Below, in pieces: positions 12,366 through 23,940 of a stretch of 64,000 nucleotides of DNA; within the stretch, counting starts at the first letter, position 1, and every line of letters begins with the position of its first letter. The stretch is from the NCBI GenBank assembly GCA_036171455.1, contig JAVHRB010000091.1:2977-66976 (forward strand), in the 5' to 3' direction. Made by a program: the position numbers and the translations under genes. The notes below the pieces were generated by a model, which saw nothing but the letters and a program-made list of their open reading frames with translations, searched no databases and was not told the origin of the DNA. Source of the DNA: Patescibacteria group bacterium (GTDB taxonomy: Bacteria; Patescibacteriota; Gracilibacteria; BD1-5; UBA2023).

Positions 12366-12632
12366 CTAGTAGAAGTATCAACCCGTCGTATCTCACTCGT
12401 TATCACGCATTATTGCCAAAAGGAGCTCCAAATCGCTCAAAACGCAGAACTGATAGCAAGACATCATTCCCAAAATATATGGCTCTACTGTCCCATGCAA
12501 AAAATTCTCCAGGCTTCCGCCTGTATGGTAGGCTAATATTCCCGTTACCATTCCGTTTGCCATGGTACATCGCGCATAGCCGCAACCGTGATATTGGTCC
12601 TTCGCTTCCTCCGTGAGTGCGTAAGCTTTCAT
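12366..12632 (-). CDS. hypothetical protein, 88 aa
   Basis: Fragment 12393..12632 plus an 8-codon tail past TGA 12393-12395 to TAG. No motif recognised. Weak support. Confidence 0.3.
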
Positions 12633-12700
12633 GCGTCGTAAATATTAAAAAATAACTTGTGACTATACTTTTGAACGTGCTTCCAGTATTCCGGAACGTG

Positions 12701-13438
12701 CTAATCAAATTGCGCCGATTCCCGTATTAGGGCCTTATTCTTCGAGGCTCTCTCCAGATAAATTTTCCATAGCAAGAACCGGACTATCGCTTCTTTGCCG
12801 TTGCCGCGGATGGGTTCGGATTGTAGATACCTCTTCGTCTGAAGGATTTCCTTCTCGGCCTCGCCGGTTCCGAGCCCGCGGGACAAACTATCCAAACGGG
12901 TTTGAATGACCTCCCGAACGTAATCCTCGCCATCCTCGGGCCATATCGGTTCCGCCACGAAGGGAAAGTTTTTCGAGATGAGTTCCTCGGTATACGTCAG
13001 CTTATTGTACGCTTGTGACAATGCACGGGAGTCGCTGCCGGTCGGAGCCGTACGCATTGCCGCGCGAATTCGAATTATCAGCTCGAATTTCTCCCGGTAC
13101 TCGAGCGCCAGTTCCATTCTCGGAAGTGCGGACGCGTGGAATTTCCGGTCGGAAAGGGCCGCGAATAGCCCGGCAATCAGTATGCTGGGGCGTTCGAACA
13201 CGGATTCTTCCACGGAATACGGGAAAACGCCGTATAACCCCTCAAATCCGCTTGATTGTTCTTTACCCTTGCTTTTTGTCGTCGAGACGTTTGAAACACT
13301 GCCATTCGAGGAATTTTGGGTATTCTCACTGGTATCTGCTAGCATTCGCGCGATAACGCCGGCGGTATTTGCGCGACGAGCAAAATAGAGGCTCGCGGCG
13401 GTTCCTCAAAGGATGAGGGATTTCAATAAGGTGTTCAT
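12701..13438 (-). CDS. hypothetical protein with N-terminal hydrophobic segment, 245 aa
   Basis: Fragment 12701..13345 extends through TGA 13406-13408 to ATG 13438-13436. N-terminus MNTLLKSLILGGTAASLYF. Confidence 0.6.
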
Positions 13439-13507
13439 GTGGTTTGGATGGTTGGAAATGATACGATGCGTTTACTTCTATCTTCTCATAAGGCTTGTTC
13501 AATCCTG

Positions 13508-14956
13508 TTATTCCAAGAGAACTCAGGCACGATGGAGGAATTCCCAGAATTTACTCCGGCCATGGGTTACGAGGTAATCGTTCAGGTCGCTGACGGTGCC
13601 GCCCCATTCATCATCGTTCCCGCTGCCGAACCGAATGCGTTCGATGGGAACTTCCCGCGAGAGCTTCTCGAACAGGCTCTCTCCTGCCGTATCGGAATGC
13701 GGTACCATGGCGAACGTACAGCCGAGCCGGTTGAACTCCCCGAAGTCCTCGCAGGAGGAGCTCGCGGAAGCGACGCCGATAACGTACGGGGTGAACTGCC
13801 GGACGGAAAGGTAGTCCGTGAATCATTCGACGACCAATACTTTGCGCTGCACGGCACCGACTGCCCCTATTCCTGACGGGAAGTCGTGGAAGTACCCGTG
13901 CTGCGTGCCTCAGACAACAATCCTGTACCGATAGCCCTTGTCGACGCTGCCCGCCGCGCGGGTTTGGATACCCATGACTTCGTTCGACGACGAGTTCTTG
14001 ATGGCGAGTGCCAATCGGTCTTCCCCTGCGAACCGGAGTATGCCCCCGAGCGCATCTGGCGAGAGTTGCCGTTCCGCCGCGTACTCCGTCTGTGAGCTGG
14101 TCGGCATCGCCGGTTCGAGCGCATCCCATTTCTTCGCCTGCTCGGGATTTTTGGTTGGTCGTGCTTCTGCAAGCAGCGGTAGTGCTTGCACGGTAACCGC
14201 ATGCGCTGACGGGCCGGACGACCGGAAGTCATCGATGCGGAACCCGAATTCCCGCGAGGCGACCCCGATTATTTCAGCTCAGGTGGAAGCCTTGTACAAT
14301 CTCTTTATGAGGGCGACCGGCTGGCCGCAGAACCTTCGCTTCTCGGTGAAATCCCGGACGTAGTTGTCACGGACGTTTACAATGTGACCACGGGTCTTCT
14401 TACCGTTCTCATAGATGCCCAACACCCCTTTGTTCCCCGTTCTGAACGTCTGATATCCAAAGCGATTGAGTATGTCCATCACGGGAATCCTGTTGATTTC
14501 TTCAAACGCTTCCCTGTAATCTATAGTATAACTATAGTTCTTACTACTATTTAATTCCTTACTTGTATTGCTCACTTTTCCAGATTCGAGTTCCTCCCAT
14601 GTTTGGTCCGAACCGACGGTTTCCCGTTTATGGCAAACGGAATCCATCTCCTCCATTATTTCGGTTTTCATTCCCCCCTCTTTTTGCGCTTCCCGGCGGA
14701 GCGTGACGAGGGTCCCATCTTTCGACGTGGAGTAGTCGAGCCATCATTTTTCCTTCATTTTTCCGAAGAATCCCCGTATCCATTTTTCGGAACGTTTCCA
14801 GCGCAATTCAAAGAATCTCACGCTCCTGAGAAGCTGAGACTCCGAAAGGCGGATTTTCTTTCCTCGCTTTGTTATAACATAGGTCTTCCACGTGGCGAGG
14901 CAGTGGAGGTCAACCATTGCCTCGAGTTGACTGAACCTTACGGAATGTTCAAGCAT
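13508..14956 (-). CDS. TOPRIM-domain primase-like protein (mobile-element type), 482 aa
   Basis: Fragments 14744..14956, 14279..14671, 13910..14191 and 13523..13708 are in one frame. TOPRIM Glu motif KVLVVE-[TGA]-FTDYLS, acidic motif PHSDTAGE, SDLNDYL near the C-terminus. Alternative in-frame starts at 15025 and 14671. Confidence 0.8.
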
Positions 14957-15351
14957 GCTGAAACCTTTGCTGATGGTTACGAATCATCATGTAACTTGAT
15001 TGTCTTCTGGTAGAATCTGAAGCATTGCGAAAATTTATTGGTACGAGGGCATATTATTCGCTATAAATACAGCCGTCAAAAAATTGGAAGCCAGACAAAT
15101 CGGTATTTTTTTTGAAAAAAGTGAAAAGTATTACCGGAAAGTAAAAAACCCATATGAAAAGGGTATGTTTTCGTAGTCCGAAAAAATCGTTGTACAATTC
15201 GGATATTTATTTTCTATTTTTCTCCCAGAGACGAAGCCTGAAATCACAATCCAAACAGGAATGTTGAAAACTTGGAACTATTTTATTCGCTTGTCATTAT
15301 ACCGAACCGAAAATCGTTTTTGGATAGACGAGCATGCAAGGTGAAAAAACA

Positions 15352-15375
15352 GAAACCCCTCAGATGAGGGGTTTC
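15352..15375 (-). terminator. perfect 10-bp stem hairpin with T-run on the minus strand
   Basis: gaaacccctc-agat-gaggggtttc. On the minus strand it is followed by tgtttttt. Lies upstream of the primase-like gene start. Confidence 0.6.
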
Positions 15376-15440
15376 TTAAAGTTGAAGAGCTGACAATGAA
15401 TTTATGCATTGTAAATTATTGGTCAGCCTCTCTTGGAGCG

Positions 15441-15634
15441 TGTCGCGTCAATACTACCATAGTTTAGTCAAATGTCTTTTTCTCCGGCGGCTTCGGCTTT
15501 GCGGATGGTTTCAATGCAATTCTAGGCTAGTTAAGTCAAAGGTTTTTCCGGCAGCTTCGGCTTCACGGAGGGTTTCGCGTCAATGCTATGCTAGTTAAGT
15601 CAAATGTCTTGAGAACCGTTGGCCTCGAAAGGAG
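15441..15634. repeat. three tandem ~63-69 bp iteron-like direct repeats
   Basis: Each unit contains (g)tcaat..N13..tagtt[at]agtcaaa[tg]gt, followed by a GC-rich ccggc.gcttcggctt-like segment. agtcaaa recurs at 15466, 15534 and 15598. Confidence 0.75.
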
Positions 15635-15866
15635 AATACCCCTATGCGTGCTTTTGTAAAGGGGAAAATGCTTGCTGTGCCATAAAACCGTGGTATAAAA
15701 AGTTTTTCATTTTCGGGTATTCGATTTACCCATGCGGGAAAAACCCGAATGCCGATATTTTCTCGAAAATCCGTGTTTTTCCAGGAAACCCCCATGCCGC
15801 TCGCCGGTTCTTTGCATTTCCCTCGCGGATATGATATCCTGCTACCGGTTTCCCGTACCCCGCCAT

Positions 15867-16217
15867 ATGCCGACAGAAGTAGACCTCGTCCGCGAACCCG
15901 AAGGGCTGGACGGACTCCTCGCGGAATCCGTCCTTTTGGGCGCCGCGACCAAGGAAGTCCTCATGGCACGGGCAAGGACATGAGGCGCCGAGACGCTTTC
16001 CGCTATCCGTCGGACGCTCTCGGAACAGAAAACGTTCGTCGTTTCGTACCTCAAGTCCCGCCTCCGGGCGGATTCGCTCGGAACCGACGCCGCGACGCTC
16101 GCGCGCGAGATGCGGCTCGAATACCTGGCGTATCTCCGGTCCGAAGAGGAACGGTTCCGGAAATCGGAAACGCTGACCGCTACGGAACGTCTCGAATCCG
16201 CGAATTTCCGCGCATAG
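15867..16217 (+). CDS. hypothetical protein, 116 aa
   Basis: Frame of fragment 15732..15983 continues through TGA 15981-15983 to TAG 16215-16217. ATG 15867 chosen; 15732 is also possible. The competing Arg/Pro-rich frames look like GC-driven shadows. Confidence 0.5.
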
Positions 16218-16258
16218 CCGACAAAAATCGTACAACTACCTAACCATTGACTACCTCC

Positions 16259-19200
16259 ATGGCCAACCCGAACGAATCGACCGCGACGCAGGACATTCCC
16301 GACATGCCCGAACGGGCCAAGGCCATGGAATTGTCGCGTGCCGAAAGCGAACGGAAGGCCCGCGAGCGCGACCTCGCCTCGATGGATGCCATGCTCGACG
16401 CGAACCCGAGCAAGACGACGTTGGAACTCGTCCTCCGCCGCATCGTGGAAAAAATGCCCGAAGAGCGCGCGACCCTCGAACTGATGTCGGTCGGCGCCGA
16501 TATCCAGGTCCTGGAATTCCTCGCGAAATCGTCTCCGTCCGACACCGAGGCTTCCGCGCTCCTCGAACGCCGGAAGAAACGCCGCGACGAGCTTTCCAGA
16601 GCGGCCGCCGGAGCTCCCGGAACGGAATCCCGGGCACCGACGGCCGAACGGCACGCCGCAGTAACGGCTGGCGGCAATGCCCCAGCGAAAGAGAAGCCCG
16701 CGGCTCACGACAAACCGAACGGAACCGCCGAACGGCCGGAATACCCTCCGGGAACAAAAGTGCTCTCGGTCGAGGAAATGCGGAAACTGGAACAAACCGG
16801 AAAAGCCCTTTTGGAAAGAAAACCCGGCGATATCCGGGAATCGTCCCCGGAGCGCGAACTCCTCGAAACGAAAATCGGGCAGGCGAATCTCCTCCTTTCG
16901 GCCTGAGAAGCCTACCGGGACTATCTCGCGAGCATCGAGGCGAACATCCGTTTCAAGAACGTTTCCGACAAGCCGAAACGGTACCAGGACCAGGTCCGCG
17001 CCATCGACTCGGCGCTTTCCGAGCTCGGCTCCGTGGCCTCCTTGCCGGAATCCGCGCGCGCGGAAGCCCTGAAAAGGCTCGACGTGAAAGCGCTCGCCGA
17101 CCGGGTCTTCGTACCCGAAACGAAGCTCTCCACGCTTTGAAGCGGCCTCATGAACCAGCCGATGCTCGAGGTCGACGCCGAGACCGGAGAGAAGCGGTTC
17201 CTGCCGAATATCGCGTCCACGCTCGCCGAAACCGAGGGTAGGTACGCGAGGATGCGGGCCATCGTCGCCGAAGGGAACGATTTCGGTCCGGCGTCGGCTT
17301 ACGCGAAGAAATACGAAATCCTCGGGCTCCTGCGTTCGAACGACTCCCGGGACGACGATGGTCTCCGCCTGAACTCCGGCGAAGCCATAGCGAAACAGGC
17401 GGAGGGCGACGTCCTCGGGAATGCGAAGCTCCGGGAGAACGACTCAATCCGCCGGGCGTTCGACATTGCCATCTCCATGGAAAAAAACCCGAAAGCGGCC
17501 GCTGCCGTCCGGTCCCTCGCGTTCGGGAATTCCATGCCGAACGCCCAGTCTTTCGGGCTCCTCTTCCAATCCTACGGGGTGGATTTCCCGAAAGGCGTAC
17601 TTTCGGCGCTGGGAAAGAAAGCCGCGGAATACCGGAGCGCCCGGAAGGACATGGTGGAAAGCCGGAAGGACGAGCTTTCCAAACTGGTAGACCGCCCCGG
17701 GACTTTCCCGGAAGGCTTCGTCCGCGAGTTCAAAAAAGACCCCGTAAAAACGGTAACGGAAGCCTTCGAGAACGATGCCGCGCGCAAAATCCTCTCCCTC
17801 TCCAAGCATGAAATCATCGCACAAGCGCTCAAGTCCGACGCGGCAAGGGTCCGCGAGCTCCGTAAGGACGACCCGGCGCTGGCGCTCTATACGAATATCG
17901 AGGGAATAACCCATACGCCCGACAGTACGGTAAACGGACGGGTGGACACTTCGCAATTCTATCTGGAGCAGCTTCTCATGTTCTACGTTTCGTGAACCAT
18001 TGGCAACGCCATTGCCCGCGCACCGATTTTGGAAAAGCCCGTCGAATATTTCGCGAAGGGCGCGAAGCTCAAAACCGAAGCCCTCGTCTGAGCGGGGCGA
18101 ACGGCGAACCTCGCCGGGAAATCCGCAGAACTCGTGGGAACCACCGTTACGGAGTGAGTGCCATTCGCGCTGTTCTACCAAACCCTCAACGGGCTCGCGA
18201 ACCAGGGATACGTCCACGCCGACACGCTCGGCACCGCCATCGAGGTATTTTCGGCCTCGCACAACGTCAAGGACGATTCCCGCATCATCGCTTTCCTCGC
18301 GGTCATCAAGCTGATGCTCCCGGTCGTCTCGAAGCTGCCGAATCCCCAGGCGGCCGTCGAAGGGATGCTCGCGAGGGAATTCCCGGAACTCGCCCTGAAA
18401 ATCGCGGGGAACCCCGCCGCTTCGAGGGGGTTGGAACTGTCCCGGACCGCGGTCCAAACCGGACAGAACGTCATTCTGGATACCGCCGCCCTCGTCTGAG
18501 CGGACACCGTCATCCGCGGGCTGTACGGCGAAGACCTCCCGAAGGATTCGGGCGAGATACCGAACTACCTCACGCAGGAATTCAAGGTCGTCATCGGATA
18601 CGTTATCTGACTCAGGACCCTTACGGACAAGCTTTCGCACGGTCCGAAGCCCGCAAGCATGTCCGATATCGCGAAACGGCAAATCGAGGTGAATTATCAG
18701 GAGAACGGGGATATCGCCATCCGCATGGCCGAGGGGCGGGTATTCGTCATCAGGCGGGAGCTCAGGAACCTCGGTCAGGCCCACGACCGCTTGAAAAACG
18801 GCGGAACGGACAAGCTCGACAGCCGCGCCATCGCCGCCGGAAAGCGAGAGAAGAAAACGGAGCTCAGGGGCGCTATGTCGGACGTGGAATTCGTTCGCCG
18901 GGAACTTGCCACCCATGAGTCCGGCATCGCCGCGTCCCAGCCGAACGGAACGAGGCCGGGCGAAGGGGTATATGCCGACGCGGCAGCCGGGGTCGGCGCG
19001 CCGAAGGGCTACGTGCAGCGGGCGCTTCCGGACGAGAACTTCACCCGAACGGGTACGAACCACACGGCGAACAACCTGAAAAGCCTTGAAATCGACCCGA
19101 AATCGATTAAGCTCAGCGATACCCTGTCCGGATTTTCGCCTTCCCTCGACGCGGAGGCAATCGGGGGGACGTTCCGGTCCCTCCGCAAGGGCATGGGGAA

Positions 19201-19555
19201 CGTCGAAAGCCCGGAGCTTCTCAGAAAACAAGCCGAAACGGCGATACGGCAGGAACTCCAAACGAAGTACGACGCCATGATGAAGGAATACGATAAGCTC
19301 ACCCCCGAAGCGCAACGGGCCATGGAAGCGTGGAGGGAGTCGATGGAACGGCAGGCGAAGGAGCTCGCGGAAGATTTTCAAAACGCGCTCGGAACGAAGC
19401 TCGAGCGGGGGAAGATGGACGGGAAATGGGGGAATCCCGAGTATATGGACAGGATAATGGGGACATTCGCAGAGAAAGCTCCAGAATCCCTAAAGAGCGC
19501 ATTATTGCAGAAAATCCCAGGCGTGAGACGAAAGGAGAATCTTGTTTCAGAATAG
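16259..19555 (+). CDS. large hypothetical protein, 1098 aa
   Basis: Fragments 16247..16906, 17150..17995, 18158..18499 and 18659..19555 are in one frame. The gaps are open apart from seven TGA. ATG 16259, TAG 19553-19555. Ala/Glu/Arg-rich, no domain recognised. Confidence 0.8.
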
Positions 19556-19573
19556 CAGTTACTCAAAAATTTT

Positions 19574-20452
19574 ATGGATATAAACATAGCTCAGGCACCA
19601 ATTCGTATGGAAGTAATGCAATCAAATGAGCAGGCTGAAAAACAGTTGCGCGCGATTCTCATTCCGCGTCTCCGTTCAAAGGGGAATACTAAAGAATTCC
19701 TAAAGAATAAACTCGTCGTAAAGCAAGTAGACAGGGAAGTATTTATCGTCGGAAGCGAGCGAATCGCAAGCATGTTCTATAATGGGAAGTGAGAAGTTAT
19801 CTTGAATCTGAACGAGTTGCGAGAAATGCATTTTTTCCAAAAGGCCGGTTATCTCGCCGGTTATCGGGAAATCCCATCTGAAACTGGTCCGGTGAGTCTG
19901 TATCGTATCAAAGATATCGATAGCAAGGGCAATCCAGTTTCAGAAGCAAGGCCAATAGAGAAATTCTCTCGAGAATACTATCAGGCGTTCATGGACATAG
20001 CTTTTTACGACGATAAACTGATAATCGAGACTTTCAAAAAGGAATCGTCGGATACTGGCACCTACACGCCCATGGATGGGAAACCGCTATTCGCACTGAT
20101 GTCCGGTTGAGCTATGCGCATTCGTGACGTTCAGCAGTTCAGAAAGCGAAATCAGATATCCGAAACCGATTACAGGACGTCGTTAGGAATACTGTGCGAC
20201 CCAAAAACATTTCTTACCGCTATCGGCGACTACCGTTTCGAACGCATTGGACAAGGAGTGACTCGTGAAGAGCTCGACTCGTATCTGAAGGACAGCCTCA
20301 TTAGCAAGGAATTGCATGCCCGGGCAATACAGAAGCTCGAACGGGTAGAAAAAATAAAAAAGGCCGTAGGTGAGAAACATTCTTCCATTGCCAGTCAGAC
20401 TCGGGAACAGGTCGCGAGGCTTGTGGAAGAAAACGACGCAAAGCTTGCGTAG
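19574..20452 (+). CDS. hypothetical protein, 292 aa
   Basis: Fragments 19574..19792, 19802..20110 and 20114..20452 are in one frame, joined by two TGA. Confidence 0.7.
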
Positions 20453-20501
20453 CGGAACCAACGATAGCAAACAGGCTTTACCTTCATAATCTTCTGAATA
20501 A

Positions 20502-21518
20502 ATGAAAAATAAGCCAATTCTCCCTCCAAGGTATGATTCAGAGGCATCTTTGGAGAAAAAAGAATCGAAGCCCCTTTCCGTAAAACAGAAGGCGGTTCGA
20601 TGAGTACTTGTGGCACTGGGAGTGTATTTCGCGGGTGAAATTGTAGCGTCGAAACTAAATGGCGACGGTACCCAGTTTGAAATAACCAAGGATGGAACCA
20701 TGTGCCATCTCGACAGGAAACAGTATGTCGGCAGTCGTATAGTTTGAACGCATCTGAAGGTGAACGAACGCTATTCGTGGAAACTGTGAATCCAGGACGG
20801 AGACCCTATCACATTGGCAAAACATAGCGAATTCCATGAGGTAACAAAGAAATCAAATTTCAATCCCATTACTGGACAACGCTACGGGGGAAACCGTTTC
20901 CGTTCTTCGGATACCGTTACCGATAACGCTAGTACCGGGGCCGTGGTTAATCCAAACAATGCCGTCCTTGAAAAATGCGATATCGAACGCGTGGTAAATT
21001 TTCCTTGGTGCGACAGCGGCATAAACCCTTGGAACCTTTGCATTCTCACGGGGAAGACAAAGACGGAAATGCACAATATTCTTAGGTTGGATAACCTCGA
21101 TATCGATAAGCCTTCCGTATGATGGTGACCAAACCTGGCATGGGTTTTCTCAAAAAACCGAACCTGGGATAAGGAAGTATTGAAAAAGCGCTGAGAATTC
21201 GTATACGAGGCTACCGTACGAGGGGAGTTGTCCCTTGCCGACGTCAAGAACCTGCCTGCCGAATATCAAGATTTGGGCAAGGTCAAATCGTCCATCGTTT
21301 TTTTGAAGAACCAATTCTGGGAACATGCGAACGGTGGCGATATCGGAGACTGGGAGAAAGAGAGGATTGAATTTTACAAGCAGGTGAAGATTCTGACTCC
21401 CGAAGAAGCCGACGGGATGCTCAAGAAGAACGAAGAAGTGCTTCGTAATAAAGTGCATGTCCCCATCCCCAAGGCGTTGCAGGAAGAAATAACGAGGATG
21501 CTCGGAGATACGTTTTAG
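20502..21518 (+). CDS. hypothetical membrane-anchored protein, 338 aa
   Basis: ATG 20502. Same frame as fragments 20814..21122 and 21228..21518. N-terminal TM segment VLVALGVYFAGEIVA. Confidence 0.7.
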
Positions 21519-21574
21519 CCTATAAGTAGGGAACAGTGTCATATTTTGAGAATTTTTTGAAAATTCACGAAACT

Positions 21575-21692
21575 GGGGTTGGACTTGATACAACCCCTCT
21601 ACGCCAAGATAATTCAATCATACCTTCAATAAGGGCAGAGTGGAACTATCGATTTCCCTTTCCATCGTGTGGGTTGCGTCAAGTCCAACCCC
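21575..21692. repeat. 22-bp inverted repeat pair, each arm itself a hairpin
   Basis: ggggttggacttgatacaacccc (21575-21597) against gggttgcgtcaagtccaacccc (21671-21692). The arms are reverse complements apart from 2 nt, with a 73-nt spacer. Lies in a convergent intergenic region. Confidence 0.7.
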
Positions 21693-21931
21693 ATATAACG
21701 AAATATGCACGCTAGCAACAAAAAAAGCCTCAAAGGAAGCCTTGGGTTAATATCTGAAGAATGGACTTTTAGCAAGGAACTTCATGCTCAGGCGATAGAA
21801 AAACTTGAATGAATTGAACAGATAAAGCGAGAAGTCTGTTCTTTAAAAATCTTGAGTAAAAAATCATTCTTACGAAAACCGAGTCCTAAATGAGACTCAG
21901 TTTATTGTCATGTATTCCACACTTTCTGCTA

Positions 21932-23920
21932 TTACGGCGTTACTTGAACCACATCGAATCCACCGGTAGTGAGAGTATACATTTCGTTAGGCGTGTGTAT
22001 AAGTGCTTGTAAGCCAATATCACCATAATGCGGATTTCATGACATAAAGTCATTGAAGCTTGGCGTTAGGGTTCCGCCTCTCTCTACGATACGATATATT
22101 TTCCCGTTCTCCGAAAAAGTGAATTTACCATCTGTTGCCTCGACGTACTTCGTTACCACCATTTTGAGCTTGGTAGTAAATTCGTCGTCGGATAGTACAG
22201 TTTCCGGGGTAATTCCAAGACTATTCATGAGTTCATACGGCACTAGAAGGACATATCCTTGTCACTGGTATTTTTTTGCCAGACTCAGGAGTTGTGCGCG
22301 GTAGTACGTATCATACTGGTTTTCGGAAAGGCTTTTCGGATAAGTGTCGGTATTTCGTGCATCTATAAAATCCTTCGGCAGTCCGTACCATACAAAGCCG
22401 TCAGTTTTCCCGACATCCCAAGTGGTATCGTAATATGAATCGGATATTCGAACCCACGCATGTCCATTGTTAATCGTTCCGCCTTTGGAACTTCATACAT
22501 GTCCGCTCATTATGTGCACGTTCTGTATATTTGCATACTCGAGCATGATGGCCAAGAGATGGGCGAATCACCCGCAGACTCCAGAACGCGCCTTGTACGT
22601 CCCGACTCATGCCTCTGCCGAAGAGTTAAAATTGGACAGATAGCTGTAGTCGTAGGAGATGTTGGTAGTAATCCACTTGTAGATTTTTCTCGTCTTTTCG
22701 TCATCGGATGAGGCTCATTGTATCAAGCCGTTCGTCAATGACTTGATTTCCAAAAGCGTTTTTTCGTAGTCTCACAGGGTACCCTGTTGCTTCGATTGCA
22801 CGTAGTAATCGTGGTCTATGCCTTCAGCGTAGTCCAGAATGGAGTATGCGTCTGCGACCGCATAGTAAGGACTTCCGTCTTTCTGGTATTGTGCCACGGC
22901 AATTTTAGCGACGCTTTCGCCCCTAAGGAGCTTGTAGTTAATGAATTTCAACAGGTCGTCCTGCGTCATAGAGTGGGAAAAACTTCCGTCAGCCGAGAGG
23001 ACCTTCCTAATTCCGTTTTCCGTGAACCACCATGGGTCGCGGTTCGAGCTGTCGAAGATATCGAATCCGAGCTCCGCGTACTTTCATACGAGCGTCTTGA
23101 TATCGGATAGCGACGAGACGGTTCATGGATTCCCGCCGGAGGCTGGAGTTTCTCCGCCCACGTCCGTAATGCTGTACCGGTTCGCGTAAAAGTACTTCCC
23201 GCCCGTTTTGTAGATGATGTTCGGCTTGTAGTCCAAATGGTCGAAAATACGGCTCTTTCCGGTTTCGGATATCGCCGAAACGTACTGCGGAAGAAGCTGT
23301 TTCCTCGTCCCGTTCTCCGTGAATCGGAGGGAATCGTCGACCTCTACGTACTTCCCGACAATGGTTTTCAATTCCTCGAATCAAACTTCCCTGCCGGGCA
23401 GTCACACGGTTTGTCCGTTACCCGAAGGGGGTTGTAGTATCGTCTGACTGCCTGTTTGTCCGGCACCCGAAGCGGTTTGCGGCATAGTCTGGCTACCCGT
23501 GGCACTTACTGCCGAAGGCGCCGGTGCTTTGGCCGCAACTTTCCCCTTGGGGACGTTCGCGTCCACGATTACGCCCTGGAATCCCGGAACGGCAGTAACG
23601 GCCGAAGGGGAAACCGCCGTCTTTGCCACGTTCGTTCCCGTTTTGCCATACGAGCTGGCAGATTCGCGCAATCTCGCGTATACGCGCTTGTTTTGGGCGT
23701 TCTTCGCCCTGATTTCGAGCTTCCGATACTTCTCCGCGAGGGATTTGGCTTTGGTGGGATTCCTATCGAGCGTTTTTTTGAGTTGTTTCAACAGGGTTTC
23801 CGTGCGAATCCTCTCCTGTTTGGAAATGTTCGGAACGGCGCTTCAGGCGTATGCGTATCCGGTGATTCCAAGGCTCATGCCGGCGAGCAGTACGAACAGT
23901 ATGATTTTTTTGTAGGTCAT
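21932..23920 (-). CDS. secreted transglutaminase-like cysteine protease-fold protein, 662 aa
   Basis: Fragments 23402..23791, 23123..23371, 22772..22969 and 22037..22243 are in one frame. Signal peptide MTYKKIILFVLLAGMSLGITGYAYA. Cys-His-Asp core: GVCG-[TGA]-FAHL, NNGHAWVRI, YYDTTWD. Three FTENG-type repeats. Confidence 0.85.
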
Positions 23921-23940
23921 GGTAGTAAAGATAGAAAATA

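Noticed and set aside
15441-15634. CRISPR array.
   Set aside because: There are only three units. The whole ~65-bp unit is repeated with mismatches, so there is no conserved repeat alternating with unique spacers. No cas genes are present.
15726-16243. ORFs 15749..16243 (+) and 15726..16235 (-) as the gene in this interval.
   Set aside because: Both are Arg/Pro/Gly-rich. The third frame (15867..16217 across one TGA) gives a normal-looking protein, so that one was annotated, with only moderate confidence.
17444-19381. 645-aa minus-strand ORF, the longest in the track.
   Set aside because: It is antisense to the 1098-aa plus-strand gene. It is Arg/Gly/Pro-rich low-complexity sequence typical of GC-rich shadow frames, with no motifs.
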